Of a stretch of DNA of 64,000 nt, positions 50,901 to 62,764 are shown in pieces (the stretch's first letter is position 1; the number at the start of each line of letters is the position of its first letter). The notes beneath the pieces are model-generated. The model ran no database searches. It was not told the DNA's origin and worked only from the letters and a program-made list of their open reading frames with translations. The stretch lies in NCBI GenBank assembly GCA_002269645.1, contig NIVC01002086.1:68917-132916 (forward strand). Direction: 5' to 3'. Source of the DNA: Macrostomum lignano (lineage: Eukaryota). Both the position numbers and the translations under genes were made by a program.

Positions 50901-52420
50901 ATAAAAATTGATCTGCAGGACAGAGGTAGAGGTTCTGTAAGGAGTTTAAGGGTTTAAGCAAGGACAACTCCTCCTTAGAAAAAAGTTAAGGCGGCTGATT
51001 TTAGCAGAAAAATGCGCTAGGAAGATTTTCAGCACAAAAATTATTATTGCTTTTTTTCGATAGGAGGCAGACCCAATGTTCATCTTTGCATTTAACACTC
51101 GGAATTGCGGCTTCTTTCTCTTAAATTCTCACTGATCAACCTAATGAATAAGCAAAATTTATTTTCAGAATCGGCAGTCCAGTACATGCGAGTCTGGTAC
51201 AGCTGCTACCTGAAGCCGAATATGAAACGAACCAATAGGGAAATGCAATTTGCCAGCCTGATACAGCGGGCCACGGCTAGGACTAATAATGATACTGCAG
51301 TGCCGCAGGTGAGTGGCTCTTTGATGGCTGATTATTGATAGATGCTCTGTAGACTCATTGATAGATGCTCTGTAGACTCATTGATAGATGCTCTGTAGAC
51401 TCATTGATAGATGCTCTCTTAGACTCATTGATAGATGCTCTCTAGACACGAGTTGATAGATGCTCTCTAGACACGAGTTGATAGATGCTCTCTAGACACG
51501 AGTTGATAGATGCTCTCTAGACACGAGTTGATAGATGCTCTCTAGACACGAGTTGATAGATGCTCTCTAGACACGGGTTGATAGATGCTCTCTAGACACG
51601 AGTTGATAGATGCTCTCTTGACACGAGTTGATAGATGCTCTCTAGACACGAGTTGATAGATGCTCTCTTGACACGAGTTGATAGATGTTCTCTAGACACG
51701 GGTTGATAGATGCTCTCTAGACACGGGTTGATAGATGTTCTCTAGACACGGGTTGATAGATGTTCTCTAGACACGGGTTGATAGATGCTCTCTAGACATG
51801 GGTTGATAGATGTTCTCTAGACACGGGTTGATAGATGCTCTCTAGACACGGGTTGATAGATGCTCTCTAGACACGAGTTGATAGATGCTCTCTAGACACG
51901 GGTTGATAGATGCTCTCTAGACACGGGTTGATAGATGCTCTCTAGACACGAGTTGATAGATGCTCTCTAGAGACCAGCTGATGCATATCAAGTCCGTCTC
52001 CATCACCAGAAGCTGCAGCGCCGTCTCCGCAGTTTCGAGTTCCTCCGCCCCAGCCTGGACCCTCAATCCGCCAGCCGTTACGCCGCCGCCCTGACTGCGG
52101 ACTTCACCAGCTCTGACGATGGCGGCGACGACGAAGAATTGACCAATAACGGCGACTGCGAGGTCGCCCTGCCGCGCCCGCTAGCCTGGGAGTCGGCCGA
52201 GCTGCGCGGATTCAAAGAGAAACTCGACGCCACCTATGCCGACAATTTGGCCGACCCGGATGAGCGACGCCGGCTTGCCGCGCAGCTGCTGGCCAGACGT
52301 CGGCAACAGCTGGTCTTGTCAAGTCGGCGAGCGCCGCCGCCTGGCGGTCCGGACTGGGCAATCGACGGGTCGGCAGACGCGACCGCCGGAGCCGATGCTG
52401 GACCGTCCGGGTTCTCTTGA
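47735..52420 (+). CDS. PolyQ-containing protein with a C14orf93/DUF4616-like C-terminal domain, ~437 aa
   Basis: Exons 47735-48289, 50522-50690, 51169-51308, 51971-52420. GT-AG with phases 0,1,0, total 1314 nt. C-terminal pattern KLQRRL..FTSSDD..acidic..PRPLAWESAELRGFKEKLD..R..R..PPPGGPDWAI resembles the 'MSSEES..PL.WRS..L..LD..P.WA' motif family, as recalled (no search run). The exact exon-4 acceptor is uncertain; in-frame alternatives exist near 52008 and 52017. Confidence 0.7.
48405..50455. repeat. Intronic minisatellite, 20-bp unit (gtgccattttgaatatcaga), ~100 copies
   Basis: Fills intron 1 of the 47735 gene. Confidence 0.98.
51335..51970. repeat. Intronic minisatellite, 25-bp unit (ttgatagatgctctctagacacgag), ~25 copies
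   Basis: Fills intron 3. The last unit supplies the predicted 3' splice site. Confidence 0.95.
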
Positions 52421-52584
52421 ATTTCATTGTCGGACAGAAGATTGTTTGTTTGTCTTTTATGTTCGTCTTTTTAGTCTAGTCTAGTCCTAAATGCGTATGA
52501 AAAGTAGGAATTTTCTGTGTTTTTATTCTGTTGGTTAAATACGATTATTTAGTTATAATTGAGACGAGCAAAGGTGGAATAGAA

Positions 52585-53450
52585 GCTTAACTATACAACC
52601 GGAAGTAAGATTGAAGCTAAATTATGCAACCGCAAGTAAGATGAAAGTCTAATTGTGCAACCAGAAGTGAAATAGAGGCTCAATTATGCAATCGGAAGTA
52701 AGACATAAGCTGAATTTTTGTAACCGGAAGTAAGATGGAAGCTTAATTTTGCAACCGGAAGTGAGACAGAAGCTAAACTATACAACCGGAAGTGAGGTAG
52801 AAGCTTAACTATGCAACCGGAAGTGAGGTAGAAGCCTAATTATGCAACCAGAAGTAAGATAAAAGCATAATTATGCAACTGTAAGTGGGATAAAGGCTTA
52901 ATTATGTAACTTTAAGTGAGATGGAAGCCTAACTGTGCAACCGAAAGTGAGATAGAAGCCTAATTGTGCAACCGGAAGTGAGATAGAAGCTTAGTTATGC
53001 AACCGGAAGTGAGATAAAAGCCTAATTATGCAACTGTAAGTGAGATAAAAGCTTAATTATGCAACCGGAAGTGAGATAAAAGCCTAATTATGCATCCTTA
53101 AGTGAGATAAAATCCAAATTAAGAAACCGGAAGTGAGATAGAAGCTTAGTTATGCAACCGGAAGTGAGATAAAAGCCTAATTATGCATCCTTAAGTGAGA
53201 TAAAATCCAAATTAATAAACCGGAAGTGAGATAGAAGCTTAGTTATGCAACCGGAAGTGAGATAAAAGCCTAATTATGCATCCTTAAGTGAGATAAAATC
53301 CAAATTAATAAACCGGAAGTGAGATAGAAGCTTAGTTATGCAACCGGAAGTGAGATAAAAGCCTAATTATGCATCCTTAAGTGAGATACAATCCAAATTA
53401 AGAAACCGGAAGTGAGGTAGAAGCGCAATTAAGAAACCGGAAGTGGAATT
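52585..53450. repeat. 31-bp minisatellite carrying ACCGGAAGT (ETS-type motif), ~27 copies
   Basis: Unit agatagaagcttagttatgcaaccggaagtg. Confidence 0.95.
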
Positions 53451-54119
53451 GATGCTTTAAAAATTCTTAGGCATATAACCTTGACGAACGAGAACTTTTA
53501 AAAATAGATATAAAAATTGAATTTACAAGTGGGCAGAGTTGCTAACTCTTGTTTATATTACTGTCACTCCTGTCAATCAAAACGGCTGAGCTTATCTTGA
53601 TTGTTTTTGCTATCAATAAATCAGTAAATTTTTTATTTTGCATACACCAATTGGTCATTGCACTTTAACGCTCCTTCATTGTTTACCTTTTGTGTAGTTT
53701 TGCTGTATCAAAACTTGCTAGTCACTTTATTTTGTGTCGTAATAATGCAAACCGTATGACATTTGTATGTCAGTTTTAAATTATCGCTGATATTATCTTT
53801 GTGTTTACCCTGTTATCAACTCTATGTTTATTAACATTTTCTATAAATATCGTGATAGGTTCTTTATAAAGTTTTTGTTATGCTTATCGTCTGCAAAATT
53901 TTTTTGACCCGCAAGTATTTTGTACAGTAATTTGCTCTTTGTATGATGTAAAAAGCTGTGGCTGTTGTGCTATATTGTTATGTTAATATTATTTGTCACA
54001 TCATGTCGTCACATATACAAACTACAGTTTCTGAAAGATGTTCTGCTTTTGCTGCTTTTGTGCATCTTTAGGTTGTTGCAGAACACATCAGATGTACACT
54101 GTTAAAAAATTACAGTAGC

Positions 54120-54535
54120 CTGTTACAGAACCAGTCAGTTACAGAATCAGTCAGTTACAGAATCAGTCAGTTACAGAATCAGTCAGTTACAGAACCTGTC
54201 AGTTACAGAACCAGTCAGTTACAGAATCAGTCAGTTACAGAATCAGTCAGTTACAGAATCAGTCAGTTACAGAACCTGTCAGTTACAGAATCAGTCAGTT
54301 ACAGAATCAGTCAGTTACAGAACCTGTCAGTTACAGAACCTGTCAGTTACCGAATCAGTCAGTTACAGAATCAGTCAGTTACAGAATCAGTCAGTTACAG
54401 AATCAGTCAGATACAGAATCAGTCAGTTACAGAATCAGTCAGTTACAGAACCTGTCAGTTACAGAATCAGTCAGTTACCGAATCAGTCAGTTACAGAATC
54501 AGTCAGTTACAGAACCAGTCAGCTACAGAACCAGT
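54120..54535. repeat. 16-bp minisatellite (cagttacagaatcagt), ~26 copies, just upstream of the BECN1 ATG
   Basis: Ends ~15 bp before tttcag|ccATG, so it probably lies in a 5'UTR intron (inference). Confidence 0.95.
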
Positions 54536-54551
54536 TGACGCAATTTCAGCC

Positions 54552-56253
54552 ATGGACTCCAGCGGTCGCCAGTCGCCAGTCAGCAAGGACTCGCCAGCCA
54601 CGGCCGCCAAGGCTCTGCTGCAGTCGTCATTCCGCTGTCAGCGCTGCTGCGTCCGTCTGAACCTAAACGCCACTCTGCGAGGCCTCGACAGGGAGGCCGT
54701 GCAGGCGACAATCAATACGTTTCAAAGTCGATCGGTTGCTATGGTGAGTCTGGCCAAAAATTTCCTCTGCATGAAATACTTGTGCAAAATCTTAATTCAG
54801 ATTTTGCATTATTGCGTCAACAATGCCTCAGGCTGACTCAGAACAGAGTGGCGACTCGCAGCAGCAACAGCAACAGCAGCAGCAGCAACAGTGCACAACA
54901 ATGTCTGCCAGCTGCGACTCAGAGTCCGCAAGTCACGACTTCCTGCTGCTAGACAGCGCGCCCAGCATTAGCCAGAATTTGAGCACTCGATTGGCGGTAT
55001 TCGAACGCCTATTTGAATTTTTGAACGCCAACTGCGCGGCTGACCACCCGCTGTGCACCGACTGCGCCGATGTTCTTGCTGAGCTGCAGGTTGGGGACTT
55101 CGATTGTTTATTCTAATCTAATTATCAATCGGGTCTAATCTAAACCCTAGTCTAAACCCTAGTCTAAACCCTAATCTAAACCCTAGTCTAAACCCTAATC
55201 TAAACCCTAATCTAAACCCTAGTCTAAACCCTAGTCTAAACCCTAATCTAAACCCTAGTCTAAACCCTAGTCTAAACCCTAGTCTAAACCCTAATCTAAA
55301 CCCTAGTCTAAACCCTAATCTAAACCCTAGTCTAAACCCTAATCTAAACCCTAATCTAAACCCTAATCTAAACCCTAGTCTAAACCCTAGTCTAAACCCT
55401 AATCTAAACCCTAGTCTAAACCCTAGTCTAAACCCTAATCTAAACCCTAGTCTAAACCCTAATCTAAACCCTAGTCTAAACCCTAGTCTAAACCCTAGTC
55501 TAAACCCTAATCTAAACCCTAGTCTAAACCCTAATCTAAACCCTAGTCTAAACCCTAATCTAAACCCTAATCTAAACCCTAGTCTAAACCCTAATCTAAA
55601 CCCTAATCTAAACCCTAGTCTAAACCCTAATCTAAACCCTAATCTAAACCCTAGTCTAAACCCTAATCTAAACCCTAATCTAAACCCTAGTCTAAACCCT
55701 AATCTAAACCCTAATCTAAACCCTAGTCTAAACCCTAATCTAAACCCTAAGATTTAAACTCGTTTCTAAGAAACAGTCCTCCCTCACTGCTCACCTCACA
55801 GGCCGACCGAGTACGCCAGCTAGAAGAGGAGCTGGCCTGCATGCGCCGCTACCTGGAGCACCTGACACTGGCCGGCACCGACGGACGAAACCGTCGGTTC
55901 GACAACGACGCCTCGGAGGTGTCGGCCGATCCCGCCGACGACGCCGACACCGACCACGACGATGAAGAGGCGGCGCTGGCCCGGCTGGAGGCAGAGGAGG
56001 CTGAGCTACGCGCCGAGCTCGAGTCCACCGGAGCCGAGCTGGCAGAAGTTCGAGCCGAAGCCGACGCCGAGGAGGCAAAGAAATCCGCTCTGACGGCCGA
56101 GCACCAGCAGCTGCAGCACGCTTACTCTGAGCTCAAGCGGCAGCTGTTCCTGCTGGATGAGGAGCTGTCCGCTACCAGGAACCAGCAGGTCTGTCTGTGT
56201 GTCTGTCTGTGTGTCTGTCTGCCTGTGTGTCTGTCTGTCTGTCTGTCTGTCTA

Positions 56254-56286
<33 letters not shown>

Positions 56287-56339
56287 GTGTCTGTCTGTCT
56301 GCCTGTGTGTCTGTCTGTCTGTGTGTCTGTCTGCCTGTG

Positions 56340-56428
<89 letters not shown>

Positions 56429-56455
56429 GTCTGTCTGTCTGTCTGTCTGTCTGTG

Positions 56456-56486
<31 letters not shown>

Positions 56487-56503
56487 GTGTCTGTCTGTCT
56501 GTG

Positions 56504-56566
<63 letters not shown>

Positions 56567-58235
56567 GTGTCTGTGTGTCTGTCTGTCTGTCTGTCTGTGT
56601 GTCTGTCTGTCTGTCTCTGTCTGTCTGTCTGTCTCTCTGTCTGTCTCTCTGTCTGTCTGTCTGTGTGTCTGTCGGTCTGTCTGTCTGTCTGTCTGTCTTT
56701 CTTTCTGTCTGTCTGTCTATAGCGGGACTTTGTTCCATCACCGATATGTATCGTAGTAAACTTTGAATGCTAGGGTTCAAAGGGTTGAATTCGCGGTTGA
56801 GCAACCCCACCCCTTCTCTCTATGCATGGCTCAGGCCTACGCAGAGTCGGAGCTGAACAGGCTGCAGAACACCAGCGTACTCGGGGCGGCGTTTCACATC
56901 TGGTACGACGCTCACATTGCCAGCATTGGCGGCTTCCGAATGGGCCGGCCGGCGGGTGGACAGATCGACTGGGCCGAGCTGAATGCCGGCTGGGGCCAGT
57001 GCGCCCTGCTGCTGCAGGCCGTGTCCCACAGGCTGGGCTTCGCCTCAACTGTGTACACCGTTTGGCCCTGCGCCAGCCAGTCCGAGATGCGACTCTTAGC
57101 TACGGGAAGGTGCAGAAATTCAAAATGTTTTACTTATTTTTTGCGTTTTACTTCATCATGTCCGTATTTTTCTACTCAGGAAATTCAGTTCAGTAGTGTT
57201 GTATGCAAATTAAAACTTTTTTCATGTATACAGCGGCTCTGACTTTCTAATCGTTCATAGGGTTACTTTGACAAGCTGGAAATTTTACATCATCCTGAAG
57301 AATTAGTTTGAACCATTTCAAGATTCGAGCTTGGGAAGGTTCGAACTTGAGAAGATTCGAGCTTGAGAAGATTCGAGCTTGGGAAGATATGAGCTTGAGA
57401 AGATTCGAGCTTGGGAAGATTCTAGCTTGGGAAGATTCTAGCTTGGGAAGATTCGAGCTTGGGAAGGTTCGAACTTGAGAAGATTCGAGCTTGGGAAGAT
57501 TCGAGCTTGGGAAGGTTCGAACTTGAGAAGATTCGAGCTTGGGAAGATATGAGCTTGAGAAGATTCGAGCTTGGGAAGATATGACTTGAGAAGATTCTAG
57601 CTTGGGAAGATATGACTTGAGAAGATTCGAGCTTGGGAAGATTCGAGCTTGAGAAGATTCGAGCTTTAAAAAATTCGAGCTTAATAATATTCGAGCTTGA
57701 GAAGATTCGAGCTTGAGAAGATTCGAGCTTCTAAAGATTAGAGCTTCTAAAGATTCGAGCATGGGAAGATATGAGCTTGAGAAGATTCGAGCTTGGGAAG
57801 ATTCGAGCTTGAGAAGATTCGAGCTTGCCCCCATCAATCATGCTCACTCGAAGCCTTGGGGATCACCTGCCCCTAATCCTAGCCCTCAATCGCACTCCCC
57901 TCAGATCGCTGCCGCTCTATTCGAGCCACGGCCGCTTGTTCTCAGACTCGGCATTCGACTCGGGCATGTCCGCCTACCTCAGCTGCGTCACTGAGCTGCT
58001 GGCCTTCGTTCGCGATCGCTACGGCAAAGACCGGCTGGCGCCATATCCGCTGCACCCGCCTAAAGAGATTGAAGACTCCGGCCAGAGATTCGCAATTGTT
58101 CGGGCTGGAAATAAGGACGAACGTTGGACTATGGCGCTGCGGCTTATGCTGCTCGACATCAAGATGCTGCAGGCTTGGATGTCCACCGAGCCGGAGCTGC
58201 TGCAGAAGAAGCGGCAGACTTCTGGATTGGCTTGA
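54552..58235 (+). CDS. BECN1: Beclin-1 / Atg6 (Vps30), ~480 aa
   Basis: Exons 54552-54743, 54832-55089, 55802-56188, 56835-57109, 57905-58235. GT-AG with phases 0,0,0,2, total 1443 nt. Motifs [15 protein letters not shown], coiled coil, [64 protein letters not shown] match the Beclin-1 BARA/ECD. Confidence 0.96.
55135..55752. repeat. Telomere-like 12-bp minisatellite (tctaaaccctaR), ~50 copies, in BECN1 intron 2
   Basis: Reverse complement is (T/C)TAGGGTTTAGA, which contains TTAGGG. Confidence 0.95.
56189..56720. repeat. (GTCT)n microsatellite in BECN1 intron 3
   Basis: Starts exactly at the GT donor (cag|gtctgtct). Confidence 0.97.
57320..57825. repeat. 16-bp minisatellite (gaagattcgagcttga/gg) in BECN1 intron 4
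   Basis: About 30 copies. Confidence 0.95.
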
Positions 58236-58299
58236 CTCTGCTATGAGGGGTACATCAATATTCTTCTAGGGAAAGAAGGTCAAGTTTATCAACAATTTG

Positions 58300-58387
58300 T
58301 TCGATAGAGAGATAGATAGATAGATAGACAAATAGATAGACAGATAGATAGACAGATAGATAGACAGATAGATAGATAGATAGACAA

Positions 58388-58420
<33 letters not shown>

Positions 58421-58501
58421 CAGATAGATAGACAAATAGATAGACAGATAGATAGATAGATAGACAGATAGATAGACAGATAGATAGACAAATAGATAGA
58501 C

Positions 58502-58544
<43 letters not shown>

Positions 58545-58580
58545 CAGATAGATAGACAGATAGATAGATAGATAGATGGG

Positions 58581-58616
<36 letters not shown>

Positions 58617-58685
58617 CAGATAGATAGACAAATAGATAGACAGATAGATAGATAGATAGATAGATAGACAGACAGATAGATAGAC

Positions 58686-58728
<43 letters not shown>

Positions 58729-58729
58729 C

Positions 58730-58776
<47 letters not shown>

Positions 58777-58873
58777 CAGATAGATAGACAGATAGATAGA
58801 CAAATAGATAGACAGATAGATAGATAGATAGATAGATAGACAGACAGATAGATAGACAGACAGATAGATAGAC

Positions 58874-58908
<35 letters not shown>

Positions 58909-58950
58909 CAGACAGATAGATAGACAGATAGATAGATGGGTGGATAGGTA
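58300..58950. repeat. (GATA)n/(GACA)n microsatellite just 3' of the BECN1 stop
   Basis: Seen directly in the sequence. Confidence 0.97.
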
Positions 58951-59281
58951 GCAAGGTTAAAATAACCTGAAACGCTAAGAGTGAATCAATACGCGGTGAA
59001 CCGCAGTTTACTATTAAAAAGAAGCAAAGTATTCTTATTCAGCTAACGCAGGAATGCTGTAAATTCTCTCATCACAGTGTTATGCAGATAAATATCTTGA
59101 TATGGAATTTTCTTGAGTTTGTAGTTTTGTCTCCGCAATATGAATAATTAATGTGCTTAATTTTTGCCTCAAATAAAATTGTATTTTCAAATAATAAATT
59201 AATTATTGACGCAGATTTGACTTGGGTTACTTTTTTGTCGGGTAAATATCAACGGGAATTGGGGAATCTCCAACCACTCCC

Positions 59282-60780
59282 TTAACTGGCATCCTTTCCG
59301 GATGACCGAGGCGTCGCTTCCGCGTACCGCGTTTCGTTGATGTCTGAATGAAGCTTTCGTGTCTGCCAGCGCTTGGCGTACGAGAAATCGGTGTGTTTCT
59401 CGGGCACGAAGACCTTGTTTATTTATTTATGACTTTGTCGAAGGTTGGGCGAACTGGCTGTGCTAGGAAGACCAGCACCCTCCATCTCACCCTCCATCTC
59501 ACCCTCATTCCCCATCTCAGTCTCCATCTCACTCTCACTCCCAATCTCACTCCCCATCTCAGTCTCCATCTCACTCTCACTCCCAATCTCACTCCCCATC
59601 TCAGTCTCCATCTCACTCTCACTCCCCATCTCACTCCCGCTCCCAATCTCACTCCCATACCACTCTCGCTCTCCATCTCATTCTCCATCTCACCAACTCT
59701 CCATCTCACCCTCACTCTCCAACTCACTCTCACTCCCCATCTCACTCCGCTCCCAATCTCACTCCCATACCACTCTCGCTCTCCATCTCATTCTCCATCT
59801 CACCAACTCTCCATCTCACCCTCACTCTCCATCTCACTCTCACTCCCAATCTCACTCCCAATCTCACTACCAATCTTACTCTCACTCCCAATCTTACTCC
59901 CAATCTCACTCTCCATCTCAATCTCACTCCGAAACTCTCTCCCAATCTCACTCCCCATCTCACTCTCGCTCCCCATCTCACTCTCGCTCCCATTTCACTC
60001 CCAAACTCACTCCCAATCTCACTCCCCATCTCACTCTCGCTCCCCATCTCACTCTCGCTCCCCATCTCACTCTCGCTCCCCATCTCACTCTCACTCCCCA
60101 TCTCACTCTCGCTCCCCATCTCACTCTCGCTCCCCATTTCACTCCCAAACTCACTCCCAATCTCACTCCCCATCTCACTCTCGCTCCCCATCTCACTCTC
60201 GCTCCCCATCTCACTCTCGCTCCCCATCTCACTCTCACTCCCCATCTCACTCTCGCTCCCCATCTCATTCTCCATCTCACCCTAACCCCCTATCTCAGTC
60301 TCCATCTCACTCCCAATCTCACTCTCCATCTCTCTCACTCCCCATCTCCCTCTCGCTCCCCATCTCACTCTCACTCTCCATCTCACTCTCACTCTCACTT
60401 CCGATCTCACTTCCCTTTTCACTCTCATTCCCCATCTCCCTCTCACTGACCCTCCTCCCTGCTGTCATCCCGTTTCTCCCATCGGTCTCCCTGACCCGCA
60501 GCCGCCCCTCTGGCCCTCGGATCAGCCGTGCGCACCTGTCGTATTCCTGCACTCCCAGCCGGAGAGAAAGCCGCGCACGGTTGGCAAAATCCTTGGAGAG
60601 CCTCTGCCGGGGTATCGGATTGCAATTCGGTATTCAATTGAGAGTCAGAATTTATTCCTTTACCAGATATTCTGTGCGCATGGTCTGTTGGTAAAAAAGC
60701 CGGGACATGCTCAAGTGGCTGCAGATCTGATAGAATGCTCGAGCGCGGTTTACCATGGCTCGCTCCGCCGGAGGCGCATG
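59282..60780 (-). CDS. 3' exons of an unidentified minus-strand gene, convergent with BECN1
   Basis: Candidate phase-0 exons 60780-60664 (HAPPAERAMVNRARAFYQICSHLSMSRLFYQQTMRTEYL), 60603-60451 (RLSKDFANRARLSLRLGVQEYDRCARLIRGPEGRLRVRE...) and 59413-59282 (VFVPEKHTDFSYAKRWQT...*). The last acceptor is weak and upstream exons are unresolved. Confidence 0.45.
59475..60445. repeat. 6/18-bp-based minisatellite (catctcactctcgctccc)
   Basis: Fills a predicted intron of the minus-strand gene. Confidence 0.95.
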
Positions 60781-61274
60781 CTGTAGCTTGACCGGCTGTA
60801 GCTTTACTGCACAGGATTCCATCCCATCCTTCATGCCGCATCCCCCTACCTGTGCGGGTGCGGGAGATTAGTTGGGCCGATTGATGCGAGAGAATCAGTT
60901 CTGTGTGCAGATAATTAAAATCTGCAACACAGGCTGGCAAAGACAATTGTTATTGAGTCGGAAGCAGATTCTGTGTCTGAAGAAAGCTGTCTTAATACTG
61001 CTGCCGCATTGCTGTAATCCTTTCTAAGAGATGGATGGGCAGGGCGACTCTGAATTAACACTAAGAAATTCTTTTTTTCTCACACTGCAAAGACGCTTAG
61101 GATTTAGTTTGGAAATTGGAAAATGCTTCTTTGACTATTTAGTTAGGATTAAAATGGTATTAGGATCGACAAAACCTTGCATGTTGACAATACGACTTTG
61201 AACTGAAATTTTTATTACTTTTTTCAATGATTATGATGCTGCGTTTCGGAACCCCTGCAGTATCTCAGCGGCCC

Positions 61275-61610
61275 TGTGGTGCTAAATCCCCTGGTGCTAA
61301 ATCCCCTGGTTCTAAAGCCCCTGGTTCTAAAGCCCCTGGTGCTAAAGCCCCTGGTTCTAAATCCCCTGGTTCTAAAGCCCCTGGTGTTAAATCCCCTGGT
61401 GCTAAAGCCCTGGTGCTAAAGCCTCTGGTGCTAAAGCCCCTGGTTCTAAAGCCCCTGGTTCTAAAAAGCCCCTGGTTCTAAAGCCCCTGGTGCTAAAGCC
61501 CCTGGTGCTAAAGCCCTGGTGCTAAATCCCTGTTCTAAAGCCCCTGGTGCTAAAGCCCCTGGTGCTAAAGCCCCTGGTGCTAAAGCCCCTGGTGCTAAAG
61601 CCCCTGGTTA
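61275..61610. repeat. 15-bp minisatellite (ggtgctaaagcccct)
   Basis: About 22 copies. Confidence 0.95.
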
Positions 61611-62764
61611 CTCATATCATGGCAAATGCACAAGCGCCTGTTTAAATTATAGCCATTCTCAGGCATCAGTATACATTACAGGCCTGCAATCCTTTCAGTT
61701 TATGATTTCTCACGCTTCGGATTGATTCCCAAAAGAAATTACTCGCACCAAATTAAGGAGGAGTCAGAGGAAAAATGTTAAACTTGCTCGGGAAATTGGG
61801 GCTCTTTGATATAGCATGTGTCTGCGCACCGCTGTTAATATTTCAATTTCCTCTCAGACTCTACTCAGCCGTGATTTCGGGCCCAACTGTGAGGGGGTCT
61901 TTGCTTAATGAAAAATTAGGAAATCGACTACAGAGCTCTATGATCCTTCCTCTAACAAGTGGGGGTTAGGGAAGCTGGGAGCGAGAGAGAGGGAGATGAC
62001 GGAGAGCGGATATGAGCTTCCAAGGCTCACTGACCTATGCTGGTTGAGCACAGGCCGCATGTGGGGCTATGGAGACCCTCACTGTTTGAGGAATTTAATC
62101 TGCGCCAATGCAGCAGCCACAGCAGCCATGCAAGCAAGCAGCATCTCTCAATCTCTATCTATCTGCATGCATGTGTATCAAGCTCTCCCCCCCCCTGTAT
62201 ACAGAGCAGCCCTTATACCTGCAGTATCAGTTTGTTCAGCTCTCGTTTGGGTGGCTACACAATATAAATTTGAATCAATCAGAATCCGATGTTATAAAGG
62301 CTCGCTTGATGCTATAATATATTTGGCTGTTGGCACTGCTACTAACTATACTACTACCATATTATACTGCCATCAGAATTGGCAATGTGTGCACAGGTAT
62401 AATGAGACCGTGAACGAATGCCTGTACATAGTGGCCCCCGTGCTTGTATACGATTGCTGAGCTGTGTAAAATATGATGGATTGACCATATATATATGCCA
62501 CTTGTGTACAGGCAATAAACGAGCATTTAACAAGTAGGCTAGTCAAAGCTAGTGCATATGTGGATCGAGCATACATGTATATACTGCTAAGTAGAATTCA
62601 ATTCGATTGTCTGATGATGTGTGCGAGACACGAATGTATAGGCATCCTATTTACCCAGCTCTTACGAGCGTACATGCAAAAATATCTGTTCTATCAAATT
62701 GTCTTGAATCCTAGAAACGATAATGATGTGTTTGAAATCTTGAAGCTTAAAATTTGCTAGGATT

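Noticed and set aside
55135-55752. A true chromosome end
   Set aside because: The array is flanked on both sides by in-phase BECN1 exons.
55841-56810. 293-aa ORF with a VCLS-repeat tail, and QTDR-repeat ORFs
   Set aside because: Read-through from BECN1 exon 3 into the (GTCT)n intron.
59348-60694. 448-aa and 334-aa S/H/L/P-repeat ORFs
   Set aside because: Translations of the 18-bp minisatellite.
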